Assembly: GCA_965217775.1 (NCBI GenBank)
Contig: CBDCJH010000002.1
Coordinates: 1,344,001 to 1,408,000 of the forward strand
From: Acidobacteriota bacterium
Lineage (GTDB): Bacteria > Acidobacteriota > UBA6911 > RPQK01 > JAJDTT01
DNA: 64,000 nucleotides
Direction: 5' to 3'
A program made the position numbers and the translations under genes. Shown one piece after another: positions 46,109 through 56,128 of the stretch. The notes under the pieces are model-generated. The model worked only from the letters and a program-made list of their open reading frames with translations. It was not told the origin of the DNA and did no database searches. How positions within the stretch are numbered: the stretch's first letter is position 1; each line of letters begins with the position of its first letter.

Positions 46109-46266
46109 CAGCCCGTGGCAAAAGTCATCACGGCATTCGACCGTCCCTGCATCCCGGCGGACGGCGTTGCGATTCGGGCACATACTCCCGGTATGCACCC
46201 GAATCGCGCCTTGTCCGGCGGGCGCAGGAACGGTCTCGGTGCTCGCGGGACTTTCACCACGGACTG
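46109..46266 (+). mobile_element. 158-bp MITE, copy 2 (TSD CTAA)
   Basis: Appears identical to copy 1; CTAA at 46105-46108 and 46267-46270. Confidence 0.92.
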
Positions 46267-47562
46267 CTAATGCGAAAGCGGTGAATCGGTGGCGGAGTCG
46301 GTTTGGGTTCCCGTCCGCCCGACACTGGGATAACGCCGCCGGAGTTCGCGGGCCAGAACCCGTCCCGTGATCCGGTTCCCCTCGCTGGTCAGATGAGCGA
46401 AGTCGAAATAGAGTTCCGATCCGCCGGCTTGCCGCAGATCGTGAGATAGATCCAAATACGGAATCTGTCGGGATCGACATTGTTCGATGGCTCGATCCAT
46501 CAGCTTACGGGCAAATAGGGCATGCTCCGGAGCGTCTTTCAGGAATACGAAACGGGAGGGAACCAACATGAGGAGAAACGGAATCCGGTCTCGCTCTAGA
46601 AGATCCCGGGTGCCTTCCAAGGCCCCGAAAAGCCTGCTCCAACCGGAGTCGATCCGATACCGATCCAGGAGAAACTTTTCGTAACCCATGGCGTAGTAGG
46701 TCAGCCCCCGGGTGCTGTGGAACGGTTCGGTGGGCCTGATTCGGTACAGAGATTCAAGTATTTTGCGAAGTAATATCGTGTAAGTGTAGGTTTTTTCGTA
46801 GAAATAGGGTCCTCGAGACCAAGTTCCCAGAAGCTGGCCGTCCCAACTCACAACGTATCGGCCTCCACGGACCGATCTCGGGAGACCGGCGTCGACATCT
46901 GACGACCAGCCGAGCAGAGCCTCGTCGGTCACGTCGTTGCAGAGTTCAATCTGGACCAATACCAGATCGGGGTTCAGTGCGAGACCTTCCTGATGGATGT
47001 AGGCTGCGTAACCGGAGGGGCTGTAGCCTTGCCCGGACGCGTTGACGACCCGGAAGCGGAAGGCCCCCGGTGATTTATTGAGTTCCCGCTGCAGAACTTG
47101 TCCGTAGCGGTCCTGGGACGGGACGCCGAGGCCGAATCCGATGGAATCCCCCAGTGAGAGGATACGGAATTCGCCCTCCGGGGGGACGGGGTCCAGTGGT
47201 GGCTCGTCCCGGAAACCGTGGGCGTTGGTGATGAAGGGTATGTCCCACATGACGCCTTCGTAGTCTCCCCTCAGGCGGACGGGCAGGTACCCGGTCTCCT
47301 CGGCGTGATCGCGAGGTTCCGCAGATTCCCCGAGAAAGGAATGGCGGAGCCAGAATTCGGTTGCGAGCAGAATCAGGAGGGCCGGAAGCCCGAAGAAGAT
47401 CAAAGCCAGGAGAAGGAGTCGACTTCGCAATTTGTTTCCTGCCTCAGCCGGTGGGATTTCAGACTTGGAAGTCAGTTTTCGGTACCGGATAGTCAAGATA
47501 GGGCTTCCATAGGAACGATTCAAGGTAGCCGGTCGCGGCCGTCTGACCTCCGGCCGACGCAA
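46267..47562 (-). CDS. SGNH/GDSL hydrolase family protein
   Basis: 'NAHGFRD', 'LGDSIGFG', 'NASGQGY', 'NDV', 'DFAHLTSEGN'; start uncertain, probably downstream of 47562. Confidence 0.85.
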   Translation of the reverse strand: MRRPEVRRPRPATLNRSYGSPILTIRYRKLTSKSEIPPAEAGNKLRSRLLLLALIFFGLPALLILLATEFWLRHSFLGESAEPRDHAEETGYLPVRLRGDYEGVMWDIPFITNAHGFRDEPPLDPVPPEGEFRILSLGDSIGFGLGVPSQDRYGQVLQRELNKSPGAFRFRVVNASGQGYSPSGYAAYIHQEGLALNPDLVLVQIELCNDVTDEALLGWSSDVDAGLPRSVRGGRYVVSWDGQLLGTWSRGPYFYEKTYTYTILLRKILESLYRIRPTEPFHSTRGLTYYAMGYEKFLLDRYRIDSGWSRLFGALEGTRDLLERDRIPFLLMLVPSRFVFLKDAPEHALFARKLMDRAIEQCRSRQIPYLDLSHDLRQAGGSELYFDFAHLTSEGNRITGRVLARELRRRYPSVGRTGTQTDSATDSPLSH

Positions 47563-47588
47563 GCGCTTCGGGAAACTTCCCTCTCATT

Positions 47589-47717
47589 CCCAACCCGGCG
47601 TATCCGAAACCGAAATGTATCCGCCGGAACGGCGGCGTTCCAGCTCCCGGACCTTCGATTGGCCGCGGTTTGCTCCGGTTTGGGCGGAAGAGGGCGCCCA
47701 CAAGGGGCGCCCCTACG
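47589..47717 (-). repeat. REP-containing dispersed repeat, copy D
   Basis: Reverse complement reads CGTAGGGGCGCCCCTTGTGGGCGCCCTCTTCCGCCCAAACC...GGATACGCCGGGTTGGG. Confidence 0.8.
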
Positions 47718-47757
47718 CCGTCCGGTGGGCGTCAGCAGACGTTGATAAGATCCGGTC

Positions 47758-49482
47758 ATGACACGCACGTGGACATTGCGGGAGCCGGAGCCCGAGGCGG
47801 TTCGGGCTCTGACTTCCGAGCTGGACGTATCGGCGCTGACGGCTCGCCTGCTGGTAAACCGCGGCATCCAGGATCCGGATGAGGCCCACCGTTTTCTCCA
47901 TCCCCGCTTCGAGAATCTTCATGACCCCTATCTCATGAAGGACATGGACAGGGCGGTCCCGCTCATCTGGCGTGCTCTGGAAGGGAAGAAACGGATCGTG
48001 GTCCACGGCGACTACGATGTGGACGGGATCACCTCCAGCCTGATCCTGAAACGGGCACTCGAGATGCTCGGTGGCCGGGTCGCCATCCATATCCCCAGAC
48101 GGCTCAAGGACGGATATGGAATTCAAACCGAGTTCGTGGAACGGTGCCACCAATCCGGGGTGGGGCTGTTGGTGACCTCCGACTGCGGAATTCGAGCCTT
48201 CGAGGCTTGTGGCCGGGCGAGCGAGTTGGGCCTCGACGTTCTGGTGTGCGATCATCACCTGCCCTCCGCAGAACTTCCTCCGGCGCGAGCCATCCTCGAT
48301 CCACACCGTGCGGACTGTCACTACCCGGACCACAACTTGTCCGCGGCCGGCGTCGTTTTCAAGCTGGTGCAGGGACTCTTCGAAAAAGCCGGGCGGGCTC
48401 GGATACTGCCCCATTTCCTGAAAGTCGTGGCCTTGGGAACCGCGGCCGACATGGTGCCGCTGACCGGAGAGAACCGAATCCTGGTCAAACTGGGGTTGGA
48501 AGGTCTGGCCCAACCGCACAACGTGGGCCTTCGGGCCCTGCTGGACGGCGCCGGGGTCTCCGGAGAGGTGGGGCTCAACGACGTGGCCTTCAAGATCGCT
48601 CCCCGCATCAATGCCGTAACCCGAATGGGGGGCGGCCCCGAGGTATTGGATCTTTTCAATACCCGCGACAGGTCACGGGCCCAGGCGATCGTCCGGGACA
48701 TGAACTCGAAGAACCGGGAGCGTCGGCGGCAGGAAGAGGCGATCCTGGAGGAGATCCATGAGTGGGAGCGTAGCCGGCCGGAATTGTTCCGGAAGACCTT
48801 CATCGTCCTTGCCGGAAAGGACTGGCACCGGGGCGTGATCGGGATCATCGCCTCGAGGGTAGCCAGGCGTTTCTTTCGCCCCACGCTGGTGTTCTCGATC
48901 GGGGAATCCGACTGTCAGGGCTCGGGGAGGAGCATACCCGGCTTCCATCTGTTGGAGGCATTAGAGGGGTGCGGCGATCTCCTCGATCGATATGGGGGGC
49001 ATGCGCAGGCAGTGGGTTGCGCCATGGAGGGAAGCGATTCTCTGGAGGACCGCCTCCGGAGCCTTTCGGATCGTCTCGATTCCCACGCCCGGCTCGTGCT
49101 GTCAACAGAGGATCTGACGCCCCTGGTCTCATTGGACTCCTATTTGAGGGCGGAGCACCTTTCGTTTTCGCTGTACCGGGATATCCAGCGGCTCGCGCCA
49201 TTCGGGGTCGGGAATCCGGTTCCCGTCTTCGCCACGAACGGGTTGGACGTGACCGGCGGTCCCTGGGTATTGAAAAACAGGCATCTGAAGATCCGTCTGG
49301 GCGCCAACGGAGCCGGTGTGGACGCGATCTGGTGGAAGAACGGGGATGCCGCTGCTACCATACCGAGAGGATCGAAGATCGATGTGGCCTATACCTTGAA
49401 TCGAAACGAGTACCGGGGCGTGGAGAGTCTGCTCATGACGGTCCAGGATCTTCGCACGCACCCGATCTCGTCCGATTCCTGA
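47758..49482 (+). CDS. recJ: ssDNA exonuclease RecJ
   Basis: 'GDYDVDG', 'DGYG', 'DHH', 'GSGRS', 'GGHAQA', 'PFGVGNP'. Confidence 0.95.
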   Translation: MTRTWTLREPEPEAVRALTSELDVSALTARLLVNRGIQDPDEAHRFLHPRFENLHDPYLMKDMDRAVPLIWRALEGKKRIVVHGDYDVDGITSSLILKRALEMLGGRVAIHIPRRLKDGYGIQTEFVERCHQSGVGLLVTSDCGIRAFEACGRASELGLDVLVCDHHLPSAELPPARAILDPHRADCHYPDHNLSAAGVVFKLVQGLFEKAGRARILPHFLKVVALGTAADMVPLTGENRILVKLGLEGLAQPHNVGLRALLDGAGVSGEVGLNDVAFKIAPRINAVTRMGGGPEVLDLFNTRDRSRAQAIVRDMNSKNRERRRQEEAILEEIHEWERSRPELFRKTFIVLAGKDWHRGVIGIIASRVARRFFRPTLVFSIGESDCQGSGRSIPGFHLLEALEGCGDLLDRYGGHAQAVGCAMEGSDSLEDRLRSLSDRLDSHARLVLSTEDLTPLVSLDSYLRAEHLSFSLYRDIQRLAPFGVGNPVPVFATNGLDVTGGPWVLKNRHLKIRLGANGAGVDAIWWKNGDAAATIPRGSKIDVAYTLNRNEYRGVESLLMTVQDLRTHPISSDS

Positions 49483-49551
49483 CAACCTCCGGCGCACGTC
49501 GTCACGGGCCCGTGAACGATCCCTTTCGGACTGCATCAAACCGGACTCTCT

Positions 49552-51909
49552 ATGCGTCCCCGTTCCCTCAAGCTCATCCGGCTGGTTCTGATAGTGGTGC
49601 TGGTGACGGCCATGGGAGCCGTGGTCTGGAGCTTTCTGACCAGGCGTGACGCACGGCCGCCCTTGGTGCGGGAACGGCTGCTCTCTCCCGAGGTGCAGCA
49701 GCAGAGCACCGAGTTCGAGCATACGGAGCACAAGGAAGGGCGAACGCTCTACAAGGTGGAGGCCGGGACCAGCACCCAGACGGTCAAGAATATCCATCGT
49801 CTTTTCGGCGTGAAACTGACTCACTTTGGTCCGGACGGAAACGCCACCGAAGAGATCTCGGGAAACGAAGCGATCTACCGGGTCGTTGATGGTGGGATCG
49901 AGTTCACCGGAAAGGTTCGAATCGAACTTTCGGATGGGACCACGATTGAAGCGGATCGTCTGAAGGCCGACTTGGCCCGTAATGTGGTGGCCATCGAGGA
50001 AGGTTTTCGCTTCGAAATGGAGAAGCTTTCCGGTCACGGCCGATCACTCAGCTATGAGATCCGGCGGAGCCGGCTTCGGGTCGACGAAGAGTTCGAACTG
50101 AATATCACTCAAGGGAGGGATCGGCTCCAAGTCACGGGTTCAAGGGCTTTGTACGATTTGGAGGATCGCCGGGTCGATCTCTTGGACGGAGCTCGCATCC
50201 GAGGTCCGCAGGGAGACTTGACTGCCGGGTACGTCCGGGTTTTTCTGACTGAAGACAGGGGCGTGGAGCGGATGTTCACCTCGCGTAGTGTTCGTCTGGT
50301 CCTGGATTCGGGCCGGTCCTTCAGCGGCGAGTCCATCCATCTGTTCTCCGACTCCGCAGAAGGGAGGATCGAACGCTTCTACGTCTACTCAGGCAAAGCC
50401 ACTCCGGAATCTCCCGAGCAGCGGGCTGTATACGAAGACCCCGAGACCTATTTGGAGGCGGACCGAATCGACGGCTTGGCCGGGGTTTCGGGTTCGGATG
50501 AGACTCTGTTTCTGGCGCACCGGCGTGTCGTCGTCCGCTCCCGGACTCTGGGTCTCGAAGAGGGGCGTGGCGACCGGTTGTATGCTCGCCTGAGTCATGA
50601 GCATCAACGTCTCAAGTGGTTGGAGATGAGGGGAAAAACGTCACTGGTCGGACGTCTTCGAGACCTCGATGATTCTCGGGAGTCCATTCAGGGAGACCTG
50701 CTGGTTCTGGATCTCGGCCCTGACGGAGTCCCGGATCGTGCGACCGTTTCAGGGAATGTGGTGGCTTGGTCCCGAAGCGGAAACGGGGCTTCGGCTCGTC
50801 TTCAAGCAGGACGAATGGACGCGTTCTACCGGGCTGGAGAACTGAGGCGGGTCGTTGCCACGCAAGATCCGATTCTGCGCCAGCAGGTTCCCGAAGGGGA
50901 ACGGACAGTGGAGTCGAAACGCATGGAGGCTGTCTTCAAGGAGGGGGGCGTGCTGAGTGTTGCGGCCGTGGGCGACGTCCATTGGGCCATGAACTCGAAA
51001 ATGAAGCGGCGAGACGGAGAAAGCGGGAGACTCGATCTTGGATTCATTCGCGAGCAACTCCAGGAAGCCCGAGGGGAGGGCCGGGTGGTCTATCGGGAAG
51101 AGAGCCCTGAGGGCCGCCTCACCCTGAGCGCGAACAACGCGGCGTATGACGCGGGGTCGGACCTTTTCTCCTTTTCGGACCCGGAAGGTGCGCATCTGTA
51201 TTACTCCAAGAACTCGATGGAAGGCACGGGTGTAGTGGAGTCGCGGACTCGGGCGGACGTTTTTCAAGTGGACGCGGACCGGGAAGAGCTGTCGGCACGT
51301 GGGGGTGTCCAAACCATCTTCAGTCGTCCCGGAAAAGAACCGGTCGTGATACAGGCTGAAAGTCTGGTGTTGGACTCCGGTGTCAAATCTCTGTCCTACG
51401 CCGGAAATCCGAGGATCCTCCGGGAGTCTCACCTGATCCAGGGAACGATGATTCGCTTGGACTCCGTCGGCGAACGGCTGGAGGTTCAGGACGTGGACAG
51501 CACCTTTTGGGAGCCTGGGGGAGCTTCGGGCCGCAAGTGCCGGATCCAGGCGCCCGAGCTTGTCTATCAGCGGAATTCCGGAAAGGCGGCCTACAGGGGC
51601 GGCGTCCGGATGGAGTCCGGTGACTTCAAAGTGGAATCCTCCCATTTGGACCTTCTGCTGGAAGATTCGCCTTCGAGCACGATTCGGAGCATCGCCGCGG
51701 GGGGTGAGGTCGAGATCCGGGAGGGGGATCGATGGGCTCGCGGAGACCAGGCGGTGTATCATCCCCGGGAGGGTCGCGTGGAGTTGACCGGAGAGCTCGC
51801 CGAGGTGGTGGAGCCGCTCCGCGGCAGCGCCTCCGGTCGGAGGGTGACTTTGTTCGTGGGAACCGACAAGATCGTGATCGATCAGCCGGCCTCCCTTCCG
51901 GCGCCGTGA
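49552..51909 (+). CDS. lptC: Long LptC/LptA-like LPS export periplasmic beta-jellyroll protein
   Basis: N-terminal TM, repeated OstA-like segments ('ARGDQAVY', 'ASGRRVTL'), upstream of lptB. Confidence 0.75.
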   Translation: MRPRSLKLIRLVLIVVLVTAMGAVVWSFLTRRDARPPLVRERLLSPEVQQQSTEFEHTEHKEGRTLYKVEAGTSTQTVKNIHRLFGVKLTHFGPDGNATEEISGNEAIYRVVDGGIEFTGKVRIELSDGTTIEADRLKADLARNVVAIEEGFRFEMEKLSGHGRSLSYEIRRSRLRVDEEFELNITQGRDRLQVTGSRALYDLEDRRVDLLDGARIRGPQGDLTAGYVRVFLTEDRGVERMFTSRSVRLVLDSGRSFSGESIHLFSDSAEGRIERFYVYSGKATPESPEQRAVYEDPETYLEADRIDGLAGVSGSDETLFLAHRRVVVRSRTLGLEEGRGDRLYARLSHEHQRLKWLEMRGKTSLVGRLRDLDDSRESIQGDLLVLDLGPDGVPDRATVSGNVVAWSRSGNGASARLQAGRMDAFYRAGELRRVVATQDPILRQQVPEGERTVESKRMEAVFKEGGVLSVAAVGDVHWAMNSKMKRRDGESGRLDLGFIREQLQEARGEGRVVYREESPEGRLTLSANNAAYDAGSDLFSFSDPEGAHLYYSKNSMEGTGVVESRTRADVFQVDADREELSARGGVQTIFSRPGKEPVVIQAESLVLDSGVKSLSYAGNPRILRESHLIQGTMIRLDSVGERLEVQDVDSTFWEPGGASGRKCRIQAPELVYQRNSGKAAYRGGVRMESGDFKVESSHLDLLLEDSPSSTIRSIAAGGEVEIREGDRWARGDQAVYHPREGRVELTGELAEVVEPLRGSASGRRVTLFVGTDKIVIDQPASLPAP

Positions 51910-52000
51910 CCCGTGCTCAACGGGACTCGCCGCGGCCTGCCAGGGCTCGATACAGTCTTGTTTTTCCATTTCAAATTGCCAAGGGGGCATTCTGGACAAG

Positions 52001-52720
52001 GTGCTTGAGGCGCGGAGCCTCTGTAAGTCATATCGGAGCAGGGAGGTCGTCGGTGAAGTGAGCCTCACCATCTCATCGGGTGAGGTCGTGGGTCTGCTGG
52101 GCCCCAACGGCGCCGGAAAGACGACCACCTTCTACATGATTGTGGGATTGCTGGACCCCGACCGGGGTGAAGTCTTCCTGGACGGCGAGGACATTTCTCC
52201 GTTGCCCATGTACGTTCGGGCGCGAAGAGGGATCAGCTATCTTTCCCAGGAACCTTCCGTGTTTCGCAGGCTTTCGGTGGAGGACAATCTGTACGCCATC
52301 GCCGAAACCCTGGATCTCCCTCATGGTGAATCGGACCAGTTGGTCAGCGAATTGTTGGAAGAATTCGGCATCGCGGCATTGCGGGATCGTCCGGCCTACA
52401 CCCTTTCCGGCGGTGAGAGACGGCGTCTGGAAATTGCACGCGCGCTGGTCATCCGGCCCGATTTCATCCTGTTGGATGAGCCCTTCGCCGGAATCGATCC
52501 CATCGCCGTGTTGGATATCCAACGCATGGTCTCCCGACTCCAGGCGCGGAGAATAGGGGTGCTGATCACCGATCACAATGTTCGCGAAACGCTTCGGATC
52601 ACCGATCGGGCCTACATCATCACGGAGGGGAGAATCTTTCGATCAGGTACCCCGGATCTACTCTCCTCCGATCCGGACGTGCGCAAAGTTTACCTGGGAG
52701 ATCACTTCCAGCTATACTAA
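52001..52720 (+). CDS. lptB: LPS export ABC ATPase
   Basis: '[13 protein letters not shown]', '[13 protein letters not shown]', 'DEPFAGIDP', '[10 protein letters not shown]'. Confidence 0.95.
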   Translation: MLEARSLCKSYRSREVVGEVSLTISSGEVVGLLGPNGAGKTTTFYMIVGLLDPDRGEVFLDGEDISPLPMYVRARRGISYLSQEPSVFRRLSVEDNLYAIAETLDLPHGESDQLVSELLEEFGIAALRDRPAYTLSGGERRRLEIARALVIRPDFILLDEPFAGIDPIAVLDIQRMVSRLQARRIGVLITDHNVRETLRITDRAYIITEGRIFRSGTPDLLSSDPDVRKVYLGDHFQLY

Positions 52721-52731
52721 TTTGGAGTGCC

Positions 52732-54177
52732 ATGAGTCGACGCGCTCAATTGAAACCCTCCCTGGTTCTTGGCTTGTCGCAACGGCTGGCCATCACTCCG
52801 TCGCTCCTCCAGAAGATCGAGCTGCTCTCCGTCAATCAGTTGGAACTCTCCGAGATCCTCCAGCAGGAGTTGGAAGAGAACCCCTTGTTGGATGAGATCT
52901 CGGATCACTTCGAAGCCGGACCGGAGGTTTCGGAACCGACCCATGAATCGGAGCAGGACGCGGGTCCGCTCGAAGAAGGAAGCCGTCTGGAGGACCTGGA
53001 CTTCGAATATTTCTTCGGAGATTACCTGGGTTCGAGTTACGAGCGGCAGGAGTTCGAACCCGTAGAACAGAAGGCTTCGTTCGAGCAGTTTCTCTCGTCC
53101 GCCGATTCTTTGTTGGATTACCTGAATTGGCAGTTGAATCTGAGTGGCATCGATTCGGACCTGCGAGAAATCGCCTATTTCATCGTGGGCAACCTGGACG
53201 AGGATGGCTACCTGACCCTCACCTTGGAGGAGATCTGCCAGCAGCTGCAGGTTTCTGCCCAGAGTGTCGATGCCGCGCTGGCGGCGGTTCAGGCCCTCGA
53301 CCCGGTGGGCATCGGGTGCCGGGACCTGCGCGAATGTCTTCTGCTACAGGCCAGAGCCGCAGGCCTGGAAGACTCTCTGGTCGGCGCGCTGATTCGGGAC
53401 TGCCTGCCGTTGATCGAAGCCAGAAATATCTCCGGAATACTGAATCGTCTGGCCTGCGACGCGAAGGATCTGTCCCGCGCTCTGGAGTTGATTCGAAGCT
53501 TTTCGCCGCGGCCGGGCCAGAAATATGCCGCTGCCAAACCCGTCTACGTCCGGCCGGACGTCCATATTCGAAAAGTAGAAGGCGAATACCAGGTCAGCCT
53601 CAACGACGATGGCTTGCCCAAGCTGAGAATCAACCGTTCCTACCGTAGGCTGCTTCGCAAGAACGGCGTCTCCAAGGAAACCAAGAGCTTCATCCGCGAG
53701 CGATTTCGGTCAGCCATCGAGTTGCTGCGAGGGGTGGATCAGCGGGAGAAGACCATCTTTCGAGTTTGCCGAGTGATCATCCGGCAGCAGCACGATTTCA
53801 TGGAAGCCGGCATTCGGAAGTTGAAGCCGTTGTTGATCAAGGATGTGGCCGATGAACTGGGGGTTCATCCGTCCACCATCAGTCGCGTCGTGGCCAACAA
53901 GTATGCTCACACCCCGCAGGGCGTGATGGAACTACGCCGATTCTTCTCCGTGGGCGTGGCGCACGCCAACGGAGAGAACGTTTCCACCATGCAGGTGAAG
54001 GACCGGCTCGGAACCCTGATCCGGCAAGAGGATCCCAAGAAGCCCTTGTCCGATCAGAAACTCACCAACCTGTTGAACCGGGATGGGATCCGTATTACCC
54101 GCCGCACCGTCGCCAAGTACCGGGATCAGATGAGAGTTCCCGGGTCGCTCGCCAGAAAGAAGGCGAATCTGTTGTAG
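52732..54177 (+). CDS. rpoN: RNA polymerase sigma-54
   Basis: 'EENPLL', 'HPSTISR', RpoN box 'RRTVAKYR'. Confidence 0.95.
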   Translation: MSRRAQLKPSLVLGLSQRLAITPSLLQKIELLSVNQLELSEILQQELEENPLLDEISDHFEAGPEVSEPTHESEQDAGPLEEGSRLEDLDFEYFFGDYLGSSYERQEFEPVEQKASFEQFLSSADSLLDYLNWQLNLSGIDSDLREIAYFIVGNLDEDGYLTLTLEEICQQLQVSAQSVDAALAAVQALDPVGIGCRDLRECLLLQARAAGLEDSLVGALIRDCLPLIEARNISGILNRLACDAKDLSRALELIRSFSPRPGQKYAAAKPVYVRPDVHIRKVEGEYQVSLNDDGLPKLRINRSYRRLLRKNGVSKETKSFIRERFRSAIELLRGVDQREKTIFRVCRVIIRQQHDFMEAGIRKLKPLLIKDVADELGVHPSTISRVVANKYAHTPQGVMELRRFFSVGVAHANGENVSTMQVKDRLGTLIRQEDPKKPLSDQKLTNLLNRDGIRITRRTVAKYRDQMRVPGSLARKKANLL

Positions 54178-54334
54178 CAGTCCGTGGTGAAAGTCCCGCG
54201 AGCACCGAGACCGTTCCTGCGCCCGCCGGACCAGGCGCGATTCGGGTGCATACCGGGAGTATGTGCCCGAATCGCAACGCCGTCCGCCGGGATGCAGGGA
54301 CGGTCGAATGCCGGACGACTTTTGCCGCGGGCTG
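54178..54334 (-). mobile_element. MITE, copy 3 (157 bp, inverted; flanks GTAG/GTAA)
   Basis: Near-identical reverse complement of copy 1; begins right after the rpoN TAG stop. Confidence 0.9.
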
Positions 54335-54380
54335 GTAACCCTCAATTCCCACCGGGAGGGCCGCAGGCGAGGCGTGAACC

Positions 54381-55373
54381 ATGCAGAATCATTCCGTGCC
54401 CTCGGTGACCGTTCGACAGTTCCACGAGTCCATGGATCCGACCCTGAACCTGGCACTGGCCTCCAGCGCGGCCGGGTTGGACAACTCCATCACGTCTCCC
54501 AGAATTCAGAAGTTGGGCTTGGCCCTTTCCGGATACACGCGCTATCTGCACCGGGGACGAGTGCAGTTCGTCGGCCGCACCGAGATCTACTACATGGAGG
54601 AGTTGTCCCCGGAGCACCGCCGGAAGGTTTTTGCCGACGCCTTCGACGTCGGACTCTGTTGCGTCCTGGTGACGACCGGATTGGCGCCGCCACCGGATTT
54701 TTTGGCCGAGGCGGAGAAGACGGCGACTCCGGTCCTCACGACTACGGCGCTCAGCTCCCAGGCCATCGTTGAGGTCACAGCGAATCTGCAGGAGCATCTG
54801 GCCCTCACCCAGACCATCCATGGGGTTCTGGTGGAACTCCTGGGACTTGGGGTGCTGCTGGTGGGGGAGTCGGGAATCGGAAAGAGTGAATGTGCGCTGG
54901 ACCTGATCCTGAGGGGCCACCGTCTGGTCACCGACGATCTGGTCGTATTGAAGAGGTATTCGGGCGACAGCCTGGTGGGGTCCGGTCCTCCGGATGCGCC
55001 CTTCCACATGGAACTGAGGGGCTTGGGCATCATCAACGTCAGGGATCTGTTCGGGATCTCCGTGCTGAGCCCCGCACGTCCCGTCGACCTGGTGATCCAA
55101 CTGGAAAAATGGCCGGAGCGGGAGACCCGGGACCGTTTGGGACTGGAGGAAGAGAAGTATCGCGTACTGGGAGTGGATCTTCCGTTGATCACGATTCCGG
55201 TGGCGCCCGGACGGAACCTGGCGACCCTGGTGGAGGTGGCCGTCAGAATCCAGAAATTGAAGATGCAAGGATATAATCCCGCGCTGGAGTCGATTCGCTT
55301 TCTGGAAAGGCGTATTCAAGTACCCTGGGATCGAGGAGAGCAACCCCGAGCGGGGGATCGAGACAATGAATGA
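54381..55373 (+). CDS. hprK: HPr(Ser) kinase/phosphorylase
   Basis: 'HGVLV', 'GESGIGKSECAL', 'LVTDD', 'MELRGLGIIN', 'PGRNLA'. Confidence 0.95.
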   Translation: MQNHSVPSVTVRQFHESMDPTLNLALASSAAGLDNSITSPRIQKLGLALSGYTRYLHRGRVQFVGRTEIYYMEELSPEHRRKVFADAFDVGLCCVLVTTGLAPPPDFLAEAEKTATPVLTTTALSSQAIVEVTANLQEHLALTQTIHGVLVELLGLGVLLVGESGIGKSECALDLILRGHRLVTDDLVVLKRYSGDSLVGSGPPDAPFHMELRGLGIINVRDLFGISVLSPARPVDLVIQLEKWPERETRDRLGLEEEKYRVLGVDLPLITIPVAPGRNLATLVEVAVRIQKLKMQGYNPALESIRFLERRIQVPWDRGEQPRAGDRDNE

Positions 55374-55785
55374 CACGGGTCGGCCCCATATCGGAGGACT
55401 GGTCGTCACTCACGGGAGACTGGGCCATGAACTGGTCGCCGCCGCGGAGATGATCGTCGGAGAGATTCCCCACATCCTGCCGGTCTCCATTGGGTGGCAC
55501 GACGACGTGGATCGGTCCCGGGAGGAGATCGAGGAAGCCATCAGCACCCTGGACCGTGGCGGCGGAGTCATCATTCTGACGGACATGTTCGGAGGGACGC
55601 CATCCAATCTCACCCTCGCCTGGTTGAAGAAGGGAGCGGTGGAAATCGTCACTGGGGTCAACCTTCCCATGATCATCAAGTTGGCCAATCAGACGGGGAA
55701 GGAGGACGTGAGCGAACTCGCGCGCCGGGTCCTGGAACAGGGGCAGAAACACATCGCGTTGGCCAGCGGGTTGCTGGGGGAATGA
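55366..55785 (+). CDS. PTS EIIA (mannose/fructose family)
   Basis: 'VVTHG', 'TDMFGGTPSN', 'GVNLPM'. Confidence 0.92.
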   Translation: MNDTGRPHIGGLVVTHGRLGHELVAAAEMIVGEIPHILPVSIGWHDDVDRSREEIEEAISTLDRGGGVIILTDMFGGTPSNLTLAWLKKGAVEIVTGVNLPMIIKLANQTGKEDVSELARRVLEQGQKHIALASGLLGE

Positions 55786-56057
55786 TGCGGCGGGTCGTGC
55801 AGATCCGGAATCGTCTGGGGTTGCACGCTCGGGCGGCGGCCAAGCTGGTGAAAACGGCGTCCCGCTATGACAGCGACGTCAAGCTCTCACGGGTCGGTGG
55901 GTCCCAGCAGATCGACGGCAAGAGCATTCTGGGCATTCTCTTGTTGGCCGCCTCCTACGGCACCGAGCTGGAATTCACGGTTCGCGGGTCCGACGAGATC
56001 GAGGCCGCCGAGGCCATAGAGAGTCTGGTCAGGAACCGCTTTGGTGAGAAGAAGTGA
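55782..56057 (+). CDS. ptsH: HPr phosphocarrier
   Basis: 'NRLGLHARAA' (His15), 'DGKSILG' (Ser46). Confidence 0.92.
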   Translation: MMRRVVQIRNRLGLHARAAAKLVKTASRYDSDVKLSRVGGSQQIDGKSILGILLLAASYGTELEFTVRGSDEIEAAEAIESLVRNRFGEKK

Positions 56058-56128
56058 AATCGCAGGGGTGATCAACGGGATTCGCTCCTGATAGGAAGAC
56101 CCGGGTCTTTGCTGTATTTTTGAGGGAC

